DNA of 17,799 bases from contig JAYEOX010000037.1 in assembly GCA_034723415.1 (NCBI GenBank), positions 1 to 17,799 of the forward strand. The letters are read 5' to 3'. Below the pieces are notes generated by a model. The model saw only the letters and a program-made list of their open reading frames with translations. It had not been told where the DNA came from and made no database searches. Below are positions 1-8,149 of the stretch, piece after piece. The position numbers and the translations under genes were made by a program. The number at the start of each line of letters is the position of its first letter. Position 1 is the first letter of the stretch. Source of the stretch: Fidelibacterota bacterium (lineage in GTDB: Bacteria > Fidelibacterota > Fidelibacteria > Fidelibacterales > Fidelibacteraceae).

Positions 1-627
1 ATAATCTTTTTTATCTATTGAAGCTTTTAAATAATCTAAGTTCTTTTGGGTTAAAAGACCTGTTTTATTTAATATATCCAAATGATCTGCTCCAAATGGA
101 ACGAAAGTATATTCATCTTGATTTAATACTTCTGTCTGTTGATTTATTACGAAGTATGGTTGTTTCATATTATCATAAACAGAAAAAAGTTTTCTTAAAA
201 TAGCAATATCTGTCAGTAGCCAATCTATATTCTTATTTGATATTGTATATTCTATCCTTAATGTAACGTTTTCATTTCTAGAATACATATCTAATATTTT
301 AAACATATTATATGTTAGATTATTATTGCCTTTTAGTATATCATTTTTTAAACCATCCCATTTTATTACAAGATATGGGATATGTTGTTTATTTTTTATA
401 AGTACAGAAGAGTTTAAGCAATGAGTACTTACAATAAAATTTTTATTTTGAAGAGCTTTAATCATTTCATAAAAATTTGGGTGTATGGTTGGATCTCCTC
501 TGAGAATATAGAGATGTTCATCTGAATTAACTGTTTTTTTAAAATGCTTAAGAGATATATTTTCTTCTTTAGGAATTGGTTTATTGTGACTTACAAATAA
601 ATTATTTGTCCATATATTTATTTTCAT
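1..627 (-). CDS. Partial ORF (runs off window start), degenerate radical-SAM-like protein lacking CxxxCxxC
   Basis: Not in ORF track. Hand translation: ATG at 627-625, SD-like AGAGGT at 636-631, 209 open codons to the window edge (MKINIWTNNLFVSHNKPIPKEENISLKHFKKTVNSDEHLYILRGDPTIHPNFYEMIKAL...VIKWDGLKNDILKG...LRIEYTISNKNIDWL...SIDKKDY). Starts 10 nt after the hemW stop. ORF is well supported; fold assignment is inference. Confidence 0.8.
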   Translation of the reverse strand, partial: MKINIWTNNLFVSHNKPIPKEENISLKHFKKTVNSDEHLYILRGDPTIHPNFYEMIKALQNKNFIVSTHCLNSSVLIKNKQHIPYLVIKWDGLKNDILKGNNNLTYNMFKILDMYSRNENVTLRIEYTISNKNIDWLLTDIAILRKLFSVYDNMKQPYFVINQQTEVLNQDEYTFVPFGADHLDILNKTGLLTQKNLDYLKASIDKKDY

Positions 628-637
628 ATAACCTCTA

Positions 638-1786
638 CTAATCTAAAATATTTATTATCTCTATTAACAGTGAATCTAAAATAACCCAACCTTCCAAACA
701 ACATTTTATTTCATTTTTATCTATTAAAAAATATCTTTCTGAATACTTATTATTAATATAAGAAACTGTTTCATGAATAGCAACCCATTTTTTGAAATTT
801 ATTTTATTTTTATTAATACCTTGTTTTAAACGGAATTGTGTCATTAATAATTCTATAAATTTTTGCTTATCGTTTAATATTTCCGAATCATCACAACTAA
901 AATCATTCCTATCGCTCCTATTCAAATATTTAACTATCGAAGGGTTATGCCAAAATCTTTTATTACCAATTTTTGAGTGAGCAGAAGGTCCAAACCCAAT
1001 ATAATCCGTTCCATTCCAATAATTTAAGTTGTGTTTACTTTTATATCCTTTAATTGAGTAATTTGAAATTTCATAGTGTGACAAATTATTTTTTTCCAAT
1101 AAACTATGACATAATTTAAAATGGCCTCTATCCTGAATGTCAGCATTTTCTTTTATTTTACCGGATTTTACCATCTCAAAATATTTAGTTCCCTTTTCTT
1201 TTGTCAAACTATATGCAGAAATATGTTTCGGATCAAATGATAAAAACTCCTCTATTGTCTTAACAATATTTTCATCTTTCTGCTGTGGAATATTAAAGAT
1301 CATATCTAATGAAATGTTATCAAAACCGCTTTTTTTTGCTAAATTAATTGCGTTGACAGTGGTTTCATGATTATGAATCCTACCGAGAAATTTCAATTCA
1401 TCATTATGCATAGATTGTGCACCAATAGATAATCTATTGAATCCGGCGAGTTTCAAATTATCAAAAAATGTTTTATCTTTACAAAATTCAGGATTTAATT
1501 CGATCGTGATTTCAGCATCTTCTTTTACAATAAAATTTTTTCGTATTTTATCTAATACTTTTATTAAATCATTTGATGAAAATAAATTTGGCGTTCCGCC
1601 ACCGAAATAAATTGTTTGGACTTCATAATTATTATCTATTTTTTTTGATTGCCATTTTATCTCATTAATAATTGCATCGATATATTCTGAAAAATATTGA
1701 TTGCCTTTTTCTATACTATAAAAATCACAATAATGACACTTACTTTTACAAAACGGAAAATGTAAATATAAAGATAAATTTTTCAA
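638..1786 (-). CDS. hemW: Radical SAM family heme chaperone HemW (HemN-like)
   Basis: YLHFPFCKSKCHYCDF (CxxxCxxC), IYFGGGTP, EITIELNP, NRLSIGAQS, YEISNYS, HNLNYW and YIGFGPSAHS; 382 aa; TTG start. Confidence 0.9.
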   Translation of the reverse strand: MKNLSLYLHFPFCKSKCHYCDFYSIEKGNQYFSEYIDAIINEIKWQSKKIDNNYEVQTIYFGGGTPNLFSSNDLIKVLDKIRKNFIVKEDAEITIELNPEFCKDKTFFDNLKLAGFNRLSIGAQSMHNDELKFLGRIHNHETTVNAINLAKKSGFDNISLDMIFNIPQQKDENIVKTIEEFLSFDPKHISAYSLTKEKGTKYFEMVKSGKIKENADIQDRGHFKLCHSLLEKNNLSHYEISNYSIKGYKSKHNLNYWNGTDYIGFGPSAHSKIGNKRFWHNPSIVKYLNRSDRNDFSCDDSEILNDKQKFIELLMTQFRLKQGINKNKINFKKWVAIHETVSYINNKYSERYFLIDKNEIKCCLEGWVILDSLLIEIINILD

Positions 1787-1826
1787 GATATTGCTAATTT
1801 AAATATTTAAAACCAATTATGGATTA

Positions 1827-3095
1827 TTATATTCTTTCAGATATTATTATTATTGATAAAGTAATACTAACAATTGTTGCTAATGCTCCAAAAATACCAG
1901 TCCTATCAAACAAACTATATTTCAATGAAGGAGGAATAACAATCACATCTCCTCTTTTTATTGTTGTATGAAAACCTTTTAGTTTCTTTCCATTTCTTCT
2001 GAATATTATTACTTTTTTAGCGTTACCATTCTTACTGTTTCCACCTGCAAGTCCAATATAATCAATTGCTTTATAACCACTCACAAATGGATAAGCTCCG
2101 GGTACATTTACAAATCCCTGAACATATACTTCCGAAGTCATTGGGAATTCTATAATATCTCCCGGTTTCAACTTAAAATTAAAATTATCTTTATCATTTT
2201 TAATATTAAAAATTTCTTTTTTCTTGCCTCTATTTCTGGTAATATTAATTTCTGAAATTTTAATATCATTATTAAAATTGTCATATCTCATTAAAAAATC
2301 TGATAATTTTTCACCTTTTGGAATTGGATATATACCACTTTTTTTAGTTGCACCTCTCACGATTATTGTTTCAGAATACGGATCTGCTTTTGTTACTTTA
2401 ATTACATCACCGGCTTTTACATAAGGATTATTACTCATATCATTATGTAATAAATAATCATATCCATTAAGAATAATAACAGAATCATTTCTAGTTAATT
2501 CAATATTATACATTTTGCCCAAATCATCAATACCACCAGTACTCATAATAATATCAATAATTCTTTCACTTGCCTTTACAGATGTTGCTCCGGGATTTAC
2601 AACTGCTCCGGTTAGAAATGCTTTTACTAATTTCACCTCAACTAATTGAACAAATATTTCAGAATTAATAAATTTATTCTCAAGATTATTTCTTATTTTT
2701 TCTTTTCCGTCTTTTAAAGATAATCCATCTAAATTAATAGTTGTTAATCCGGGAATATCAACTTTTCCTTCGGGTGAAACGATCATTTCGAAATAAATTG
2801 GTTTAGCACTAATAATGTTTACCGATAGAATATCTCCGGGACCAATTGTATAGAGAGAATCATTAATTGTTTTATCCAATACTCCCAAATCAACAATACT
2901 TTTTTCTAATTGTTTTCTCTTTGCAATTCTAGCATTAATAATATTATTCGTCTGCAATATTTCCTCTGTCTGTTGATTTTGCTCCTTTGTTTCCTGATTT
3001 TTTTGGAAATCAATTCTTCTGACTTGAGAAAATAATATCTGAGTAAATAGTATAAATACTACAATAATATTAATTATTTTTAATAATTTTTTCAC
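1827..3095 (-). CDS. Polysaccharide export protein with SLBB repeats (Wza/KpsD-like)
   Basis: N-terminal signal peptide, Poly_export motif YTIGPGDILSVNI...VSPEGKVDIP, three SLBB-like repeats (GAVVNPG, GATKKSG, GFVNVPGAY...AGG), hydrophobic C-terminal helix. GTG start overlaps the upstream TGA. Confidence 0.8.
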   Translation of the reverse strand: MKKLLKIINIIVVFILFTQILFSQVRRIDFQKNQETKEQNQQTEEILQTNNIINARIAKRKQLEKSIVDLGVLDKTINDSLYTIGPGDILSVNIISAKPIYFEMIVSPEGKVDIPGLTTINLDGLSLKDGKEKIRNNLENKFINSEIFVQLVEVKLVKAFLTGAVVNPGATSVKASERIIDIIMSTGGIDDLGKMYNIELTRNDSVIILNGYDYLLHNDMSNNPYVKAGDVIKVTKADPYSETIIVRGATKKSGIYPIPKGEKLSDFLMRYDNFNNDIKISEINITRNRGKKKEIFNIKNDKDNFNFKLKPGDIIEFPMTSEVYVQGFVNVPGAYPFVSGYKAIDYIGLAGGNSKNGNAKKVIIFRRNGKKLKGFHTTIKRGDVIVIPPSLKYSLFDRTGIFGALATIVSITLSIIIISERI

Positions 3096-4420
3096 GATTT
3101 TATTCCTTTTAAAAATCCTAATCTCAATACTTTATTTTTTGTGTTTTTTAAATTTTTTGTAACATTCCGTGTATCAACCACCAATTTTGCATTGTCAACA
3201 ATAAATTGATAATCAATATTTGAATGATCGGTAGTAATTACAACTACATCAGAATTTTTTAACAATTTTTTGGTCAATTCTTTTGACTCTAAATCTTTCC
3301 CTCCATCTACACTAACTATAGGACAATAAGGATCATGATATTTCACATTTGCTCCCTTTTCAACAAGCAAATTATAAATATCAATAGATGGTGATTCGCG
3401 TAAATCCTTTATATTCTTTTTATAAGCCATTCCAATTATTAAAATTGAAGAACCGTTGATAGATTTTTTATGATGATTTAATCCATTCGAAACATTTTGA
3501 ATTACATATTCAGGCATAGCGGTATTAATCTCAGCTGCTAAATCAATAAATCTTGTTTTATAATTTAAACTCTTCATTTTCCAACTAAGATAATGCGGAT
3601 CGATCGGAATACAATGCCCACCTAAGCCGGGGCCCGGATAAAATTTCATAAATCCAAATGGCTTCGTTGCTGCAGCATCAATTACTTCCCAAACATCTAC
3701 ACCAAGTTTATCACAAACCATAGCCATTTCATTTACCAAACCAATATTGATCATTCTGAATGTATTTTCCAATAATTTTGTCATTTCAGCTGCAATTGCA
3801 CTTGAAACCGGTATAACTTCATCAAAAACCTGATCATATACTTTTTTAGAATATTCTGTACATTTAGGAGTAATTCCACCTAATACTTTCGGCGTATTCT
3901 TTGTTTTGTAAATTTCATTTCCGGGATCTACTCTTTCGGGTGAAAACGCCAAGTAAATATCTTTACCTACTTTCAACCCTGTTTTTTCTAAAATCGGCAA
4001 CAAAAATTCTCTTGTTGTGCCTGGATAAGTAGTTGATTCCAATACAACTACTAAATCTTTATGTAAATATTTAGTAATTTCTTGCATTGAATTTTGTATA
4101 AAAGACATATCAGGATCTTTTAATTTATTCAGCGGAGTTGGAACACAAATACTAATAAAATCAAGATCTTTTATTACACTAAAATCTGTTGTTGCTTTGA
4201 TATATCCATTTTTAACAGCTTTTTTTAATTCTTCATCATTTACATCACCAATGTAATTTTCACCTTTTTTTAACATATTTACTTTACTTTCATCAATATC
4301 AACACCGGTAACCTTAAAATTTTCATTAGCAAATTCAACAGCTAATGGTAATCCGACATATCCTAATCCTATCACTCCAAACCTTACATCTTTTGTCTCT
4401 AACTTTTTTGAAAATTCCAC
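3092..4420 (-). CDS. wbpA: Nucleotide-sugar dehydrogenase, UDP-N-acetylglucosamine 6-dehydrogenase (WbpA/WecC family)
   Basis: GLGYVGLPLA Rossmann motif, ICVPTP, LESTTYPGTT, FSPERVDPGN, KLLENTFR, catalytic GPGLGGHCIPIDP, AYKKNIKDLRESP. GTG start with GGAG SD. Exact substrate is inferred. Confidence 0.85.
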   Translation of the reverse strand: MEFSKKLETKDVRFGVIGLGYVGLPLAVEFANENFKVTGVDIDESKVNMLKKGENYIGDVNDEELKKAVKNGYIKATTDFSVIKDLDFISICVPTPLNKLKDPDMSFIQNSMQEITKYLHKDLVVVLESTTYPGTTREFLLPILEKTGLKVGKDIYLAFSPERVDPGNEIYKTKNTPKVLGGITPKCTEYSKKVYDQVFDEVIPVSSAIAAEMTKLLENTFRMINIGLVNEMAMVCDKLGVDVWEVIDAAATKPFGFMKFYPGPGLGGHCIPIDPHYLSWKMKSLNYKTRFIDLAAEINTAMPEYVIQNVSNGLNHHKKSINGSSILIIGMAYKKNIKDLRESPSIDIYNLLVEKGANVKYHDPYCPIVSVDGGKDLESKELTKKLLKNSDVVVITTDHSNIDYQFIVDNAKLVVDTRNVTKNLKNTKNKVLRLGFLKGIKS

Positions 4421-4455
4421 TTTTTTATCTCCATTTATTATTTTTTATTTTAGAA

Positions 4456-5766
4456 TTAAATTTTTGATCTTCCTGAATTCGCAAATTTAAAACCATGTTC
4501 TCTCATTTCAATTGGATCGTATATATTTCGAGTATCAATAAATATCAATTTACTCATTATTTTCTTTATCTTTTCTATGTCAAGGTTCCTGAATTGGTTC
4601 CATTCTGTCATAAGAATTAATCCATCGGTACCTTCAATCGTATCGTAAATATTTTCTTGATAATTTAGATCAGGAAAATCTCTTTTAAAATCTTCCATTG
4701 CTATCGGATCAAAAACTTTTACAGTAGCACCTTCATTTTGAAGTTTCTTAATCACAACCTTTGAAGGTGATTCTCTTGTATCATCAGTATTTGGTTTAAA
4801 CGATAATCCTAAAATAGCAATTGTTTTACCTTTCAAATCAGGTAAAAATAATTTTAATTTTTCTACAACTAATGCCTTTTGTTTTTCATTTACTTTAATA
4901 ACCGATTCGACTAATTCTGATCTTATCCCCTGTTCTTTGAATATTTCACTGTAAGCCATTGTATCTTTTGGAAAGCAACTTCCACCATATCCGGGACCCG
5001 GATGCAGAAACTTCGGACTAATTCTACCATCCATTCCCATTGCGTTTGCAACAACATGTACATCTGCACCTACTTGATCACACAAATTTGCAACTTCATT
5101 TATGAATGTAATCTTTGTTGCTAAAAAAGCATTAGATGCATATTTAACTAATTCCGATGACTCTACATTAGTTAATATAAATGGATTATTTCTAATATAT
5201 AATGACTTATATACATCTTTCATTATTTCTTTTGATTTTTCACTTGTTGTACCAACAACTATTCTGTCCGGTATCAAGAAATCTTTAACTGCAGATCCTT
5301 CTCTCAAAAATTCCGGATTAGAAACTACGTCAAAATCAATATTATTATTTTTTTCTTTTTCAATCAAGTTATATGTTTTTTTACCGGTCCCCACAGGCAC
5401 AGTAGATTTATTAACAAAGACCTTATAACTATTTAAATTTTTTGCAAATCTTTTTGCAACTAACCAAACAGCTTTCAGATCCGCTTCTCCACCATCGCCG
5501 GGAGGAGTTCCAACTGCAGAAAATATCACTTCTGAATTTTTAATTGATCTATCAATATCTGTTGAAAATTCTAATCGTCCGGCTTTTACATTACTATCTA
5601 CAAGTTCTTTTAATCCAGGTTCATAGATCGGTATTTTACCATTATTAAGCATCTCTATTTTTTCTTTTGCAATATCAACGCAAATAACATTGTTACCAAA
5701 ATCGGCTAAACCGGCTCCGGAAACCAATCCAACATATCCCGTACCTACAACACAAATATTTTTCAT
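4456..5766 (-). CDS. ugd: UDP-glucose 6-dehydrogenase
   Basis: VGTGYVGLV, PIYEPGL, AVGTP, KSTVPVGT, SNPEFLREGSA, KYASNAFLATKI, catalytic GYGGSCFPKD, FKPNTDDTRESP. SD GAGAGG upstream. Confidence 0.93.
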   Translation of the reverse strand: MKNICVVGTGYVGLVSGAGLADFGNNVICVDIAKEKIEMLNNGKIPIYEPGLKELVDSNVKAGRLEFSTDIDRSIKNSEVIFSAVGTPPGDGGEADLKAVWLVAKRFAKNLNSYKVFVNKSTVPVGTGKKTYNLIEKEKNNNIDFDVVSNPEFLREGSAVKDFLIPDRIVVGTTSEKSKEIMKDVYKSLYIRNNPFILTNVESSELVKYASNAFLATKITFINEVANLCDQVGADVHVVANAMGMDGRISPKFLHPGPGYGGSCFPKDTMAYSEIFKEQGIRSELVESVIKVNEKQKALVVEKLKLFLPDLKGKTIAILGLSFKPNTDDTRESPSKVVIKKLQNEGATVKVFDPIAMEDFKRDFPDLNYQENIYDTIEGTDGLILMTEWNQFRNLDIEKIKKIMSKLIFIDTRNIYDPIEMREHGFKFANSGRSKI

Positions 5767-5793
5767 TGCACCTCTCTTTTTTTTTATTTTTAA

Positions 5794-5821
5794 AATATAA
5801 CAAAATAATCCATGATTTCAA
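5794..5821 (-). promoter_or_regulatory. Candidate sigma70-like promoter for the ugd operon
   Basis: Minus strand TTGAAA (5821-5816), 16 nt ending TGT, TATATT (5799-5794). Same spacing and -10 as the promoter at 16598-16625. AT-rich background weakens the call. Confidence 0.35.
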
Positions 5822-6075
5822 ATATATTTTTAACATTTTGATCTTAAACTTCCAAAACCCTTATTCGTTTGATTCTAGAATATTATAAAAAGCCCTTTAC
5901 AGATAAAATATTTGATTTCAAAAGATATTAAAAACAAAATCGGTTTAAAAAATCAAATTAGAGTCAATAATAATAGAATGTAAGCAGAATTTCAACAGTT
6001 ACTATTTCCGAACAATTATACAAAATAGATACAGTCAATGAATTAAAATTTTTAGCTCTTTTAAAATCTACTTTT

Positions 6076-6107
6076 TTGTTGACGACTCAAGTTGTTGACG
6101 ACTCAAG
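6076..6107. repeat. Perfect 2 x 16-bp tandem repeat containing TTGA-N4-TCAA dyads
   Basis: TTGTTGACGACTCAAG at 6076-6091 and again at 6092-6107. Confidence 0.9.
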
Positions 6108-6175
6108 AAAATTTTATCAGAAAAACCATTGATTTTTTTTAGAATACATAAAGATTATCCACGTTCTATATTCAC

Positions 6176-7855
6176 TTAAATTAATTCTCCATCAAACGCT
6201 TCGATCACATTTTTTACGGATTTCGGAATTTCTTTACTTTTTATTTGTTTTTTCTTTTTATCACTAAGTTCAACTTTTTCTACTCTAATTGAAATATTGG
6301 AATTCAACTTCTCATCAATTATTTTTTTTATTGGAATGATATTCTTTTCAACTTTTTTTAAATAAAATGTATTGTCAGTTCCAAGAATTAATATATTATT
6401 TACAAATTTGACTAAATCTATTTTTCCTAAAATATCACTTAAAGATGGTTTATTTTTTATAAAACTTCGAATAATATCATCCCAAATATCATTGATTTTT
6501 GACAAATTTATTTCTGAATTTGATACATTATTTTCACTTTTATCTGTCTCATCTTTTAAATTTAGATTTTTTTGTCCATCGTCTTTTCCACCTAATATTC
6601 TACTACTATAATTTTTCGATTTAGACACTTCTTTTTTGGTTTCTATCCTTGTATGATATTTCTCTTTGGGTTCATTTACAGTTTTTTGATTGGAAATACT
6701 TTTTGTTTTCTTTTTGATAGGTGTAATTTCATTTTCAGCTTTATCTAATATCTCACTTATTGAAAAAATATCATCAAGCTGTGCTAATTTAATGAACATT
6801 GATTCAATAAGAATACGTGGATTTGAAGAATATTTGATCTTATTCATCTGCTCTGTAACAATTGACAACATTTGAATAATTTTTCTCTCTTCAATATTTT
6901 TTGATATTTCCTTGAAATTATTTTTTACATTTCCCGTTGCTTCCAATAGTTCTGTTGAATTTGTTGATTTTACAATATACAGATCTCTCAAAAAATTAGA
7001 GAATTCCGAAACTAATTCTATAATATCATATCCATTCATTATCATCTCATTTATCAATGATAATAATTTATTTATATCTTTTAAAATAACTGCTTTTAAT
7101 AGATCAAAATATACTTCTTCTTTTATAATTCCTAAAATATCTATAATCATTTCATAATCAATTTTATCGTTACTGAATGCTGCTGCCTGTTCTAAAATAC
7201 TTTGAGCATCTCGCATACTTCCATCGCCTTTTTTCGCTATCAACAATAACGAATCATCATCAATAATTATCTTTTCTTCCTTGCAAATATATTTTAATCT
7301 ATTGATTATTTCAGAAATAGAAATTCGCTTAAATTCAAATCGTTGACATCTGCTAAGAATTGTTGGAATCACTTTTTGTAATTCAGTAGTGGCAAAAATG
7401 AACAAAACATAACTTGGCGGTTCTTCTAATGTCTTAAGCAAAGCATTGAAAGCATCTTTAGTTATTTGATGGAATTCATCAATGATAAAAACCTTATATT
7501 TTCCCTTTGTAGGAGGATATTTTATCTGCTCGCGTAAACTTCGGATATCATCTATACCACGATTAGAAGCGCCATCGATTTCTACGATATCCAAACTGCG
7601 ATCTTCAGATATTTCTTTACAGCTTGAACATTTATTACAAGGATTTCCATCTTGAGGATTTTCGCAATTTACTCTTTTTGCTAAAATGCGAGCTGTTGTT
7701 GTTTTTCCGGTTCCACGCGGCCCACTAAAAATATATGCATGTCCCATTTTATCTTTTTCGATTGCATTTTTTATCGTCTTTGTAATATGATCTTGTCCAA
7801 CGACATCATCAAATGTTTGCGGTCTATATTTTAGTGAAATTACTTTATAATCCAT
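6176..7855 (-). CDS. dnaX: DNA polymerase III subunit gamma/tau
   Basis: KYRPQTFDDVVGQ, Walker A GPRGTGKTT, Zn motif C..PCNKCSSC, EIDGASNRG, IIDEFHQ, AFNALLKTLEEPP, TILSRCQRF; low-complexity linker and C-terminal tau-like domain. Confidence 0.96.
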   Translation of the reverse strand: MDYKVISLKYRPQTFDDVVGQDHITKTIKNAIEKDKMGHAYIFSGPRGTGKTTTARILAKRVNCENPQDGNPCNKCSSCKEISEDRSLDIVEIDGASNRGIDDIRSLREQIKYPPTKGKYKVFIIDEFHQITKDAFNALLKTLEEPPSYVLFIFATTELQKVIPTILSRCQRFEFKRISISEIINRLKYICKEEKIIIDDDSLLLIAKKGDGSMRDAQSILEQAAAFSNDKIDYEMIIDILGIIKEEVYFDLLKAVILKDINKLLSLINEMIMNGYDIIELVSEFSNFLRDLYIVKSTNSTELLEATGNVKNNFKEISKNIEERKIIQMLSIVTEQMNKIKYSSNPRILIESMFIKLAQLDDIFSISEILDKAENEITPIKKKTKSISNQKTVNEPKEKYHTRIETKKEVSKSKNYSSRILGGKDDGQKNLNLKDETDKSENNVSNSEINLSKINDIWDDIIRSFIKNKPSLSDILGKIDLVKFVNNILILGTDNTFYLKKVEKNIIPIKKIIDEKLNSNISIRVEKVELSDKKKKQIKSKEIPKSVKNVIEAFDGELI

Positions 7856-7880
7856 AATTATTCTCTTAATGTATTATTTA

Positions 7881-7982
7881 AAAACCCCAGGTTACTCAGC
7901 ACCCAGCTCAATAACTTACCGCTGCTTCCTTCCGGACCTGACGGAATTCAGTATTTCACTGTTGCACAAGACCTGAGGTTTT
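7881..7982 (-). ncRNA. ffs: Small bacterial signal recognition particle RNA (4.5S)
   Basis: Minus strand carries the domain IV signature GTCAGGTCCGGAAGGAAGCAGC. Ends pair (AAAACCTCAGG / CCTGGGGTTTT) into a ~100-nt hairpin. Lies directly upstream of dnaX, a known synteny. Ends approximate. Confidence 0.93.
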
Positions 7983-8062
7983 ATTTGTCAATATTCCCTT
8001 TCATAGTTTTATAAATTAAGAAATGATGTGGTAAAACACAACCTTATTTTTTATTTTATTTG

Positions 8063-8077
8063 AATTGTAATACAATT
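8063..8077. promoter_or_regulatory. Perfect dyad AATTGTA-A-TACAATT, possible operator
   Basis: 7-1-7 palindrome in the ampG-ffs intergenic region; function unsupported. Confidence 0.25.
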
Positions 8078-8149
8078 TCATAAACTCACATTGTACAAAG
8101 TCATATTGCCACAAAGTCATTCCCTCATTCCGTCTTTCGTAAATCTATT

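Noticed and set aside
18..203. 61-aa plus-strand ORF in the track
   Set aside because: Antisense to the longer SD-led minus-strand ORF 627..<1; no recognisable motifs.
638..1786. Oxygen-independent coproporphyrinogen III oxidase HemN
   Set aside because: Short length, no N-terminal extension and the HNxxYW motif favour the HemW chaperone.
5767..6175. Possible replication origin (AT-rich gap next to dnaX, TTATCCACG at 6155-6163, TTATACAAA at 6016-6024)
   Set aside because: Only two imperfect DnaA-box matches, no perfect box or cluster, no dnaA/dnaN nearby; whole-genome GC skew would be needed.
6322..6359. A7-A8 runs near the dnaX 3' end as slippage sites
   Set aside because: Too close to the C-terminus to yield a gamma subunit, and such runs are frequent throughout this AT-rich window.
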